Shown here: one piece after another, positions 26,601 through 39,260 of the stretch
How positions within the stretch are numbered: position 1 is the stretch's first letter
Layout: every line of letters starts with the position of its first letter
Assembly (NCBI GenBank): GCA_012026655.1
Contig: JAAILG010000333.1
Span: forward strand, 1-64,000
DNA: 64,000 nt
From: Hydrolagus affinis
Taxonomy: Eukaryota
Direction: 5' to 3'
Program-made: the position numbers and the translations under genes
Notes under the pieces: model-generated
Told to the model about the DNA's origin: nothing
The model's input: the letters and a program-made list of their open reading frames with translations, nothing else
Databases searched by the model: none

Positions 26601-27687
26601 AAATAAACCGCTGACACTTTCCCCAGTGAGGATAATCCTCAGAACCAGGGCAACAGTTGAAATAACCCCTGGCTCTGAAGGCCAAACTGACACTTTGGAA
26701 AGTTTTGAGTACAAACCCTGAGAGGTGACAGCATGCTCGCAGTGCCCCACCGTGAGCTCAATGTGATCTATTAGGTATTTGCGATAGGAATGGAATTGAT
26801 GCTACTGCGCAAACCAGGTAACCGCTGAATAGATCACATTCACCCGGCATTCGAACCGCTCAATATGTGGCAGTATAATGATAGTAATCGTTGCATTCGG
26901 CATACAGAGTCTTGTCAGGCAGGTCGTCGAGGCGTCTCGAAGCGCTTCACCGCGTACACCGTGCGGTGACTTGACTGTGCATTTTGCGGGTGAACACGAG
27001 ACGTGACAAAATCGTCAGCGTGATTAAGTTTCCACAAATAGAGTAACTTACCCCTCGCTAACCCCATCCACCTCCTCATCGCCCCCCCCACCCTCCCCCC
27101 CCACCACCCCAACCCACAACCCCCACCCTGCCCCTCACCACAGTTCCTGCCAAACAAACCACTCACTTCAAACACGGACTCCCCACCTGCGAGAATGTGC
27201 AACGTTCTGACATCAGCCCCAGTACCACACTGAGCATCTCGCGCACGGGGAGCAGCGCTCGGCTCTGAGAAAGTCCACAAGGTCCTGGATCAGAAATAGC
27301 ATTTTTGCACCAAAGAAAAATGTCAACTAATTCCATGTTTGAATTATTTGTTCAGCTGTAACTCTGGCGAAACGTTCTCCTGGCTCGGGACTATTTGCTA
27401 ATTCTGCGTTCACCGCAGCTTATTGCAAACACTTTCTTTTGAGAATTTATTCTTCTCCTTTTTTGTTGGTGGTACCCTGGCCTTTGGGACCTCACACGCT
27501 GAGCTACGGTTAACTTGAAAGACAATCTTTGACATTACGATGACTTTAAGTGCTATTTTGGAGTCAGCCAGTAGCAGATGCAGTAATTCCGATGGGGGGG
27601 GAACGTTAGACCTTTCTCTATCATTTCCTTTCCTTCCCAGTTTCCTTCCCCAGCTTTTCTGGGTGTGTGAGGACAGGATAAATAATA

Positions 27688-28002
27688 CTAATAATAATAA
27701 GCCTTGCATTTGATATAGCGCTTTTCACATCTTCTAGATGTCTCAAAGCGCTTCACAGAATATAATGTAAAGTGAATTGACTGTCTGTATGTGGGCAAAG
27801 CGCGACAGCCAATAGCGCACAACAATGTCCCACAAACAGTTGTGGATTGAAGTGACCAATGTATTATTATTTTTTTTTGGAGGGATTATTATTAGGCATG
27901 AGGAGTGAGGAAACTTGCCCAAGGTTTCACCCTGCCTGGAATTGAACCCAGGTCTCTCACTTGTAAGGCGAGTGCTCTAACCACTGAACTACAGGACTCC
28001 AC
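27688..28002 (-). mobile_element. Full-length SINE (TAC anticodon loop)
   Basis: Reverse complement begins gtggagtcctgtagttcagtggttagagcactcgccttacaagtgagagacctgggttcaattccaggcaggg. Confidence 0.94.
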
Positions 28003-28196
28003 ATGATTGGGGCTTGGTTATGAATCCTACCCATGTGCAGCACCTTTATAAAATTATAGTGGATGTTATTGTGGAAGGATGTGTGCACTCGTGACTTACT
28101 TTTGAGGTGTACATTGTTCTCTGAAAACAGTTTGGGACTTCCACAAATTCACCACGCTCACAGACATCGTTTATGTATGTGAACATTCATGTTTAT

Positions 28197-28400
28197 GGGT
28201 TTGATTCCTGGCAGGGCGAAACCTTGGGCAAGTTTCCTCACTCCGCATGCCTAATGATAATCCCTCAAAAAACAGAACAATAATAATTTGGTCACTCAAT
28301 CTACGACTGTTTGTGGCTGCCACGTTTCACCCACAAATATGTCATATTCTAGTTTGCGACGTCCAGAAGATGTGAAAAGCGCTGTATCAAAGGATTATTA
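28197..28400 (+). mobile_element. SINE lacking the 5' part of the head, with internal deletions
   Basis: gggtttgattcctggcagggcgaaaccttgggcaagtttcc...aaggattatta. Confidence 0.85.
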
Positions 28401-29703
28401 TATGTATATAGTATTATTATAATATTATAATAAAATGCTAAGGGATACAGTATTTTCTGTGAAGTGCTTTGAGATCATCTCAATGACATAAGGCGCTATA
28501 TCAACTGCAAAGATTATTATTATGATGTCAAAAACATTTGATCGTGTGTAGCTGGGCTTTGACTTGTGGAGGCACAGAGAAGCCAAGAGTTTCCATTCTC
28601 TATCTTGGACATTCTGAGAAATATCTTGGAACAGGTTCAACAATGGGTTCGGAATAGCGGTCCATTCTTCACCAGCACCAGCAGCTGTCAGATTTGGGTC
28701 TCACTCCTACAATTGGGAAACGTTAAGAAAACCAAACGTGAGGAGTGAGCCTCGTGCATTGTTTGCAACTGGGCTACACTATTAGTCTCCAGGATGGCAA
28801 GCAGGTTAATTGAGGTCAACGTTTTAAGAGCTGCCTGACAGCTGGCTAGATTATTATCAGTGCTTTTGTGTGCTCTCTGCTGCTTGCAATGATGAACACA
28901 AGGTGTACAGCACTTGTGTGGAATCAAGCAGCGCTGGTACTTTTGAGATAAAAGCAGCCTTTTGAATGCAGAAGAATTAAGAAAACAAGAGCATCCCATT
29001 ACCTGGGTCATGTCTGAGGCAGTGTTCATTCACAAGTGAAGCAGAATAGAAGCAAAAAGTCTCCCTTTTTGTTTTGAATGATTTCATTATTATTATCTGT
29101 TTTCAGTCATGCTGTTGTTAAGTTGATTTGATATGAAATTGGATTGGAAAAGGGATACCGGGGCATTTTAATAAAACTGAATACTTGATTATTTTGTACG
29201 TCTGTTAATAACAAGAATCCTTGTAATAGGTACAGCGCCTTATCGTGTTGTTGAGAGACCTCAAAGCGCATCGCCAGATACACTGTAAAATGAATTGACT
29301 GTATATTTTGTGGGTGATGCATCACCACAAAATGCATCTGTGATTGTTTGACCTGATTTCTCCTTTTAAAACAAACAAGGGTTGGTGGGGGGGGGAGGGT
29401 GGGGGCTTTTATCAATGGAGATGTAACTAAAAGGTCATTCAAGTTTTCAGACATGATTAGTTCCAGAGATGGCCTAAAAACAATCATATAACCCGTTAAC
29501 ATTTCACAATGGTATAAGGAGGCTCTTAAAGAATTTGTGGTGTGGGTGCGCGTCTAAATTTGCTCCATATGGGAAAAATATCACCTGCCAAGAAAATGAA
29601 ACTGATCTTCAGAAGTTTACTTCTCAGTTTAGTAGATCACAACTTGAGACAGAGAGTGTTGGTTGGTTGACTGCACCAGGTATTGCAGTCCAGCATCATC
29701 ATC

Positions 29704-30030
29704 ATAATAATAATCCTTGCATTTGATATAGCGCTTTCCACATCTTATCAACGTCCCAAAGCGCTTCACAGAATATACTGTAAAGTGAATTGACTGTATA
29801 TATTTGTGGGCGAATCGCGGCAGCCAATTGTGCACAGCAGTGTCCCACACAAAGTCGTGGATTTAAATGACCAATTTTATTATTGTGGTTATGAGAGAGA
29901 AAGGAGGTAGTGCTTAGAATGATATTCCCCACAAATATAGAGTCAATTCACTTTATAGTACATTCTGACGCTTTGAGACATCTAGAAGATGTGAAAAGCG
30001 CTATATCAAATGCAAGGATTATTATTATTA
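29704..30030. mobile_element. Two SINE 3' fragments in opposite orientation (- at 29704-29885, + at 29928-30030)
   Basis: Tails of the same family facing outward. Confidence 0.82.
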
Positions 30031-31559
30031 GTCAGTAAGGCTCCTTTTCCGGTTTGAGAGGAGTTTCAGAATACGCTGTAAAGTGTAGTTACCGTGTATT
30101 TGTAGATGAACGAGGCAGACAATTTGCGCACGGTTGGGTTGGGGTGATGATGGGGGGAGGATTGTTGACCAGGACACCAGAAGAAACTCCCAACATGGGG
30201 TTTTGACTCTACAACGGTCTGACTCAGAGGTGAGAGTGCTACCAACCGAGCCAGGCTGACACACAAACACACAAAGACTGAAAGCTACATCACTCGTTAT
30301 CACGCACAATCTTGCTCAGGAAGAGCAGACTATGGACACCAGAGGCAATAAGAAGCAGGAAACCATAACACAGCTGTATAATAATAACTCTTGCATTTGA
30401 TATAGTGCCTTTCACGTCAGGCGGAGACCTCAAAGCATTGTGCAGGGTTTACTGTAAAGTGTAGTGACTGCGTATTTTGTCGGCAAAAGTCCGACCTTTA
30501 TTTTGAAACATTGAATTGCTGTATAACTTTGACACCGAGAGAACGATGGGGGAAGGGAGGCGAGAGAGAGCGAGAACAAGACTAGCAGTGAGGCCGATCG
30601 TGGTCAGGAAATGAGTGGAAGGAAATGCGCCAGTCTATTTCAGTTCGAGTATGCCTGCGTTGGTCCAAGATATTCCACCTGGGCATGGCCCCAGATTTCT
30701 TTACGACACAATGTCAGGGAAGGGTTAGCCATTGGTTTTTTCGTTACTTACTGCAGCAAACTACCTTTATCTCCAGTGGGCCCCGAGCCTGTAAAGTCCT
30801 GATGAAGTGCGGTGTGTGTGTGTGTGGAGGGTGTGGGGGGGAGGGGCAAGCAAAGGAAGCTAAAATGTACCTGTTACTGTTTCAAACCACACAATGTTCA
30901 AACACCAACAGTTTGTTCACCACTAGGCTTCCTTGATATCTAAGATAATTTGTCATGCAATTCCCTTGCCTCGCCACTAAATATTCCTGACTGTGCATTC
31001 ATCACTGGAGTCATGAACAGCAATATCTAATGTACAGTCCTAATGCAGAGGTGATGCGGGGCAATTGTAAAATGGTAATTCACTGTAGTTTCCAAATAAC
31101 TTGCTTGAACTGCGCCCATGGGTCTCACAGATAACTTTTACGTTGGACTAATATACCGTATTTTCCACGTGTAAAAATTCTGCCTGATCTGGCTTGCAGA
31201 AGACCTAAAAGCAGTCAATGTGGGATTTGTTAAATGCCTCAATACAGGAGTCTGTTTCAGCACTGCCTTGATTGATGCAGTTTAAATGATTTTGGCAGAA
31301 AGGGATCTCACTTAACTGGGCTGTTAACTCTTCTGATGCAGGATAGAAACATTTCAGAGCAAAAAAACTCTTCTCATTCTCTTGTGAGCAACCGATAGTT
31401 CAGTTGCAGTTGATTTCCAATTATCTTGTAGCTGTAATGACAATATAACAATAATAATCCTTGCAGTTGAGATAACGCCCTATCAGGCCTTAGAGACACC
31501 TCAAAGCGCTTCACAGAATATACTATGAAGTGCAAAGCATATTGAAATATTTGTAGTAT

Positions 31560-31764
31560 TTGAAAGGCCGGTGGAAGCAGATTTGATAAAAAGGTGAATC
31601 AAAAGGGAATTAGATAGGTAGTTGAAAAGGAATTATTTGCAGAGCTATGGGATAAGAGCGGGGAAGTGGGACTAATTGGTAGCTCTTTCAAAAAGATGGC
31701 ACAGGCAAGCTGGACCGAATGGATTCCTTCTGTAAAATTAGCATTGTAAAATTCTAGGATTCTA
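31560..31764 (+). mobile_element. CR1-type LINE 3' end
   Basis: aaaagggaattagataggtagttgaaaagg...gctatgggataagagcggggaagtgggactaattgg...gaccgaatgg...attctaggattcta; CR1-like (ATTCTRTG)n-type end. Confidence 0.82.
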
Positions 31765-31780
31765 GTTCATATAGAGTCCT

Positions 31781-32070
31781 GTGGAGTCCTGTAGCTCAGT
31801 GGTTAGAGCACTTGCCTTACAAGCAAGACACCTGGGTTCAATGCCCGGCAGGGCGAAATCTTGGCCAAGTTTCCTTGCTGCACTCGCCTGATAATAATCC
31901 CTCAAAGAAAAACAACAGTAAATCGAACATTTCAATCCACGACTGTTTGTGGGACACTGCTGTGCACAATTGACTGCTGCGTTTCGCCCACAGTCAATTC
32001 ACTTCAAAGTACATTCTGTGAAGCGCTTTGAGATGTCTAGAGATGTGAAAAGCGCTATATCAAAATGCAA
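31781..32070 (+). mobile_element. Full-length SINE
   Basis: gtggagtcctgtagctcagtggttagagcacttgccttacaagcaaga...aagcgctatatcaaaatgcaa. Confidence 0.93.
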
Positions 32071-35000
32071 ATACTGTACAGGATATGGGATAAGGTATTT
32101 GAAGTATATTCACTGGGAGGAAAATATCATAAATCCCAACTTAGTTCTGAGTAATACTCATGATGCTCAGGCGATGCTCAGCATTGAAATATTAACCAAT
32201 TTAAGTATATAAATTCAGGTTATATATTACATATTTTACCTTGTGTTACTATGGTCATTATTCCGAAACTGACTGAATATACAGTACTGCAGATAAATAC
32301 AACATTCACTACATGACTGACTGTCAGACCTTGTTATGTGGAAAGTGACCACCCCTTTAGCTCACAGCGCTGCTTCATTTGTGAAGTGCTTTGGGAAGAT
32401 TTCACATTACAGAAACTGTACCAAACGCTAAGATTATTTATAGAATTTAGGTTTTGCTCACAAAAGCACATCGCCCTTTTTTTTAAAGTTAGTACCGTCG
32501 TGTCTAATCCTCTTGAAATTGAGTTACACGGTGTATGTTCAAGTAATAGAAGACAACTTTGATATCTCTCTCCGAGAAAAATATAAAATGATGGTTTTCT
32601 CCTGCATTTATGCACCACAAATGGAAGTGAACCACCACTAACTGCACAAGTGCACAGTATCAACTGGGGGCCAAGAGAGTGTGAGCTTCTGCAGCTTGCA
32701 GGTTCTCCTGGTACCACACAGAAGATAGTTCCTGGTGCGGTGTGATTGTGGACCGTGTGTGGGACGCTACCCTGCACGATGATGCGCGCGATGTAATAAT
32801 CCTTGCATTTGATTACAGCGTTTTCTTTAACGTTTTCCAGACGTCTCAAAGCGCTTCCCAGAAGATACACGGAAGTGAATTGACTGTGTAATATTAGTGG
32901 GCGAAATGTAGATGAATGCGAGTTCCTGTTGTCGTTGTTGTTGATTGCTGGTGGGTGTGATCATGCTGGGTGTCTTCCCACTCAAAGGTCCTGGACCATC
33001 TCCGGGGATTCTGAACAGAAAACATTTTTTAAATTTTTTTTAATTCAAATTGAAAGACAAGGCATTGTGCAGACGTCAAGGCATGTGTTCACAGAACACT
33101 GAAATCAGAGCTTGGTTTATTTTGGCTCCAATACAGAGTGATGTGGAGCGGGCAGGCGGGAGGTGTAAAACAGCGCCAGCCCAGTTCACACTATTCCATT
33201 AAATCTGTGTTTAGATTATTACAGTAACAACCACAGAACATTGAGAATAAGTGCAACTGTTGTGTTAAGACCAGAGGTAAGTTAGTGTTTTGTACGCATG
33301 ATGCAGACAAGAGTCAGGCAGCTAGAGTGTTTTTGCTTCACCCGGGAGTGGATTGCTTTCCACAACAAGTATTTACTGTATATAGTGCCCTTCAGGTAGA
33401 ATAACATCTCTGTGCACTTTCCAAGAGTGGGTCTGAGCAGGAGCAATCTCCTTAAACACAATCCCAACCAATATCTATTCGAAGCCGAGTCCTTTCATAA
33501 TGTCACAATCACTCACTTTCAAACCCAGAGAGAGAGAAAAAAAAGAGCCAGAAATTTAAACCAGCTCCGTGACTAACGGGTAATGTTATGGGAGAGAGAA
33601 CAGAGCGAGTACTTGTTGCAACCGAATGTAGCAAGAAACGCAACCTCAGCTTTCAGCAGCTGTTGACATTATATCATGTGGAAATTTGGAAAATATTGCC
33701 ACAGGTTACTCGCGACTCACGTCGGTATTAATTCTGCTTATGCTGGACGCGTGATAAAGCGTAACAGTGATGAGGATGTTAATTGAAAGGCATTTCGTGG
33801 TTTAAGAACTGAGCCCGAACGTTGGCCCGGGGATTCACTGACGCAGAAGGGAGTGAAAAGAGTTAAGGTTATGAAACACCACGACTCTAGGGGGGTGTCA
33901 GATTGGTTTTGGCATTGGATTGTCCAGATGTTTGTGGACAGAAAGGCCTCCAATTTCGAATGCCGGAATGCAGGCTCTTCCCCCACGATTCCTCACGTGA
34001 TGACTTCCCAATCCCGGCCAACTCAATGGGGGAGGCTGTGAACGAGGCAAGACTATTCCCCACAGGGACGGAGGGAAAATGAGAGTGAGTCAGCCCAAGC
34101 TACACTCGCATTCCTTCCTATGACTGGTCACAGAATGGTACAGAACCACCACTGTCGTCCAAAGCACATTTACATACTGAATGAATCGAGCCATCCATCC
34201 CCTCGTTTTAATGGCAGTTGCAGCGAAATTCTGTAACTCAAGTAAACATTTTGGCTTTTATTCTCGTTCCTGTTGACTTTCTTCTTTGCCACCCCCCCCA
34301 CCCACCTCCACTCTGCGTGAAAACTGCTCTAAATAATAAAGTTGCGATCTTGTTAGTCCCGCTCTCTGCTCTATGTCTTGGCAGTTCTGCGTGAAGCGTT
34401 AAGTGCATAATGAAAGATACATGATGAGGGACAGCTTGTGTAGAGGGCAGCCAGCTGAGATCAGCAGTCACGACTGTAATGCCACAAATTTTTTAAACTT
34501 TTCCAGCATTGGACACTTGGTTGATGAGATCTTAATTCGTAACGTAAGTTAAAGGGAAATCCTGCAAATGCTGGAAGATAATGGAAATCGATCGCCAAAC
34601 CGAGAGAAACGGGACATTGAGCTAGATATTTACGTTAGGTTCTTGTCGGATGTTATAATTTTGTGCTGTACCAAAGTATTGTCTGTCTGAGCTGACGGTC
34701 GAAAGGAACATTGGAGGAATGCTGGATTCAACCGGCCATGGTCCAGTCTACTTGTTCAGCTGGATGTTAAAGACACTATCATACCATTTGCAATAGGAAA
34801 GGAAGAGGTGAACCAAAGCCAAGTAAAAAGCTAAGCTTTTTTTTTATTGAAGAGGGATTTCAGAAACAGAAAGCCTCGGAGAGAAGAGAATTTCTGCCAG
34901 TGTCTGGTCGATAATGCTCTATATAAATTGAGTGTTCACTTCATGGCTGTTTGGAGAACCTTGCTGAGCACAAAACGGTTGTCACACTAGTCTCCAAGTA

Positions 35001-35599
35001 ACTGTTGGTACACCTGTCTACATTTATGTGTGAAATTGTTCAGTCATTTTTGGCCTAATAGTTTCCTACACGAAATACAAGTAATACTGTATTAGGATCC
35101 TAACCAAAGGCAACAGATAATCTTACAATCTTGGGAAGAATATTAAAGCAGTCTTCATCCTCACAATTGTACCCATTGTAAGTTTTCAATACACATTAAA
35201 ATCTTTGGTCCAAACAGATTAAAGCATTACAAAATATGATAAGCTTTGAGTGTTATGAAATATAATAATATTTCCAACTCTCCCAAGTGTTTTTTGATTT
35301 GTCAGGGGACCCCAGTTGCATGAATGCCTTGCATATTAATTCTACCCCCTTGGAGTGTTTCTGATATAGAAGAATTATACGATTCAAACGTCTTGGATGA
35401 AAAGGGTATAGAATTTTTACAGTGCGTACAGCGCCAATGACCTAGAGTCCTCTGGCTTCCATTGCTCTGGCCTCAGTGCCAGGCTCTGTCAGACGTCAGA
35501 ACAATTCTTGGAAGAACTAGATCCCAACTTGTATAAACAAGAGCCATTTGCTTTGACCACACTTGACCACACGTTAACTCAATGGTTACCCAGGAAATC

Positions 35600-35752
35600 A
35601 TAATAATAATAATAATCCTTGCATTTGATATACAGTAGTACCTTTTCACATCATTGTGCTATCTCAAAGCGCTTCACAGAATATATTTTTAAATGGATCG
35701 ACTGTGTATTTTGTGTGTGGGCGAAGTGTGTCAGCCAAGTGGGCACAGCAGT
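35600..35752 (-). mobile_element. SINE 3' fragment about 120 nt upstream of RIPOR3 coding exon 1
   Basis: (TAA)n, ccttgcatttgata...aagcgcttcacagaata...cagcagtgt. Confidence 0.8.
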
Positions 35753-35897
35753 GTGAGCCAAGTGGAAACAATCCCTGCTCCCAGTGAATCCCTGTTCCTG
35801 GGACGATGAGGAGATGAGGCTCTCGATTGTTACCCTGGCACTGATCCCTTCTGTCTCTTTTCTACCTACAGGATCAGCGCTCGCATTCCTGGGAATA

Positions 35898-35998
35898 ATG
35901 TCTGTGAAGCTGCACTTTTCCTCCCCTGCTGATCCGAGCGGGATAAACCGCAGTCGGTCGTTCACCGGCTTCAGTTCAATGCCACGCAGAAGGTCCCA
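35898..35998 (+). CDS. RIPOR3: RIPOR3 coding exon 1 (exon begins 35872, ATG at 35898): MSVKLHFSSPADPSGINRSRSFTGFSSMPRRRS
   Basis: Polypyrimidine tract and ctacag acceptor at 35871; donor ca|gtaagt at 35998; contains the RIPOR N-terminal RSxSFxGFS motif. Confidence 0.92.
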
Positions 35999-36823
35999 GT
36001 AAGTATTGGCGTGGGTGAGTGAGGCACAGTCAATGTGGAGTGTGTGCAGACGGCAGGTTCATTCAGGTCATGGCTTTCCAAGTGAACAGAAATTGAAAAA
36101 TAAAAAGCTAACTCAAGACCAATTATTTATTTTCTTCCCGGTGATGCCGTTAACGAAATCTCTGCTTCGGAGAGCGAGATCCTTTCGGGTTCCATAGAGT
36201 TCTTGTGTAATCAGAAGAGATAACCATTTGTCCAAGGCTTCTAATGATAGATCGCATAAAATATTCAACTGCATGTCTATATGATATTGTGGACATTACA
36301 CCCACAAAATAAACACAGTCAATCCACTCCACCGTTTATCCTGTGAAATGCTCGGAGATGTCTTGATGATGTGATAAGGCACCATATCAAATGCAAGGAA
36401 ACACAATATGCATATTTGTTGTACAGGATTTAATATCATATGTTGTGCAGTTTAACCGACATTTTTACTTAACCTACAACATTCACCTGGGGCAGATGTG
36501 GTAAGTTTCCACATGATAAAAGGTTGAGAAGTGGGATAATCCAGTACACGATATAAACTGGCACAAAGATATAGGAGTATATATTTTTTAAAGTGTTTTT
36601 TAGATGAGAAGCAAAGCAATTGATTGAAAAACAAGTAAGCCGTTTCTCTTGACAGCTCAATTAAAAGCAACATTTCACCAGTGGTTTCGTACAGATGTAA
36701 GCGGCTAATCTGTACAGCAGTGGGTTTGTACGGACTGAATCAGTCTATTCATCTCCATGTGGCAGGAAGCCTGTGCGTATAACGATGTGATCTATGATTA
36801 CGATGTTAAGAGGATATTACTAT

Positions 36824-37142
36824 GTGGCGTTCTGTAGCTCCGTGGTTAGAGCACTTGTCTTACAAACAAGAGAACTGGGATTCGAGTCGGGGCAGGGGGA
36901 AACCTTGGGCAAATTTCCTTACCCCACACACCTGATAATAATCCGTAAAAAAAAAAAAAGATAATAAATTGGTCACATCATTCCACGACTGTTTGTAGGA
37001 CACTGCTGTGTGCAATTGGCTGCCGTGTACTACCCACAAAACATACGGTCAATTCACTTTACAGTATATTCTGTGACGTGCTTTGAAATGTCTGGAAGAC
37101 TTGAAATGTGCTGTATCAAATGTATGGATTACTAGTATTATT
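36824..37142 (+). mobile_element. Full-length SINE in the intron after coding exon 1
   Basis: ctgtagctccgtggttagagcacttgtcttacaa...body...tail. Confidence 0.92.
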
Positions 37143-39076
37143 AAGATAGAATGTGTTTCTCCAGTTTCCAACACTAATTATCTAAACTCCTCAATTTACC
37201 CAAATATCTGTCTGGTAACTGGAAAAACGTTAGGAAAGCATGATTTCTATAACTATTGACATTTCTTTAATGCGCATTTATTTTTATGGTGGTGGAAACA
37301 TTTAAGACAGCAATTCCCACTTCAAGTATTACTTATTTGCCCAGATTACGTCTGATCATATGTCTGGTCATATTTTTCCACTGTTTTTGTTTTACAAAAG
37401 AATTCGGAGTTTATTTAAGAAAATAATAATTTTTAGAACTCTGTCCCTTTAAAACTCATGTCATCCATTGCCAAAATTATGCCAGCATTGTACTGTAGTA
37501 GGTTTGTGCCTCAACACAGGCTTGGACACACTGCAATTTGTACTGATCGATCATTGCTTTAATAGATGTACTGATGTGCAGTGTTCTCAAGCACGTTATA
37601 AGCAAAGTGCTGTGAACTTTGCACATGCACTTCCCGCTAGATTACCTGGGGAATAAGTCTGAAGACAAACGCCTTTTATACTGGTGCATCTGGATGTTCT
37701 GGACTGGTTACCACATTCAGTTTAATCAAGGACATTGCAAACCATATGGCTGCACATAGAACCTCTCTGTAGCTGTTTGAAAGGGAGTAGCCAGGGTACA
37801 CTTTAACCATTACAGACCCCACTCAGTTATATCTCTGGCGATAGTTCCCATCTGTCTCTTCTAGCACTGGAAGAGACATTGAAGGGCACAGATAGATTCT
37901 AATCTGGAACAAGCAGGGAAATGTTCACGGTTGAAACTAACGGACTAGTAATCGGTCGTATGGATAGGAGAGCAGAGATTTGTGAAACCATTTTCATTCC
38001 TTAATATGGCATTACATTATGTCCATATCTTTATTCTGCTCCTGGGGGTGGGGTAAGAAGGCATTGCTCTCGATGTGGTTTTACCTTGATCGTCAACGCA
38101 ACCAAAGAAGTGTGTTTTCTTTAGAACTGGCCTGCGTATAATGAGAAACTTGACTACAGAACACATAACTAAATTGTGGAATTTATGGGATATGTTTTTA
38201 TTTATAGTGTAAAACCAATGAAAAAGGAGAATTATAATCCTCCAGAAATTTGGGGGCATGTGGCAAGGACTGCAATTCCATTCCTGGAAGCAATGACCCA
38301 ACACACATGCTATGTTTAGTAACCCTATCAGTTCCAAATTTCCTTTGTAGCTTTCAAATTGTACATATGTTTTCAATTGCGGATCATCTCTGTGCGTTAC
38401 ACAGAGTAAATGTCAAATGCTGAATGTGATAAATATGGGAAGAATCTAGACCGCTGAGGGAAAGCCTCACTCACGCAATCCATCTTGTATAATTATGACG
38501 GAATGTTGATAGTGCACAAATGTCAAAATTAGGGCTTTCTGCCTAATCCTATCTTGAGGTCTAAAACAAGAATGAGCCAACAACTACAAATATGAATCAA
38601 TCAAAACTTACATTTATAATAGCGTCTTTCACATCGAGAGGACGTCCCAAGGCGCTGTACATGTTGGACGAGAGAGAAAGAGACATGCGAACGAAAGGAC
38701 ATTCATTACTAGGCATTCATTTGAGTGATGGGATCAAAGGACATCATAATATGAAACCCCAAACTGCTTAGTTTATAACTTGTTATCCGAAACCAGAGGC
38801 TAGATCATTGCTTTGAAACCCGGTTTTTCAAGGCACCTAAGAACAAAAAGGCATAGCAACGTTTAATTCAGTGTTTCTTTTGTACTTTATAACAGCACAG
38901 ATCTAACAGTGGTGTAATCAACAACAACAACACCAACACTATTTTATATAGCATCTTCCACTCAGGGTAGCGTCTCAGAGCCCTTCAAACACAGTACTTT
39001 GGGAGAGGAATAATATTTGCAATGCTAATGGCCTGATTTTATTGTAACAAGGTTTTTTTAGAAATTCCTGAAGAGA

Positions 39077-39260
39077 TAATAATAATATTCCTTGCATTTG
39101 ATATAGCGCTTTTCATGTCTTTTAGGCATCTCATGGCGCTTCACACAGAATATACTGTAAAGTGAATTGACGGGATATTTGTGGGCGAAACGCGGCAGCC
39201 AATTACGCACAGCAGCGTCTCACAAACAGTCGAGGATTGAAATGACCAAATTATAATTGT
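39077..39260 (-). mobile_element. 5'-truncated SINE
   Basis: Tail plus body. Confidence 0.87.

Noticed and set aside
31781-31860. Possible genuine tRNA-Val(TAC) genes
   Set aside because: Every tRNA-like head continues into the SINE body and tail, has no Pol III terminator after the acceptor stem and has an irregular T-arm.
32334-32870. 178-aa minus-strand ORF, the longest outside RIPOR3
   Set aside because: It starts inside a SINE tail with a non-ATG codon and has no protein-like motif.
34040-34203. Possible ancient LF-SINE-like element on the minus strand
   Set aside because: Only the first 15 nt or so (ggggatggatggctc) resemble such a head, which is too weak to call by eye.
1-35800. PARD6B exons, expected head-to-head with RIPOR3 from mammalian synteny
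   Set aside because: I found no PB1, CRIB or PDZ-like coding segments by eye; the gene may lie outside the window.
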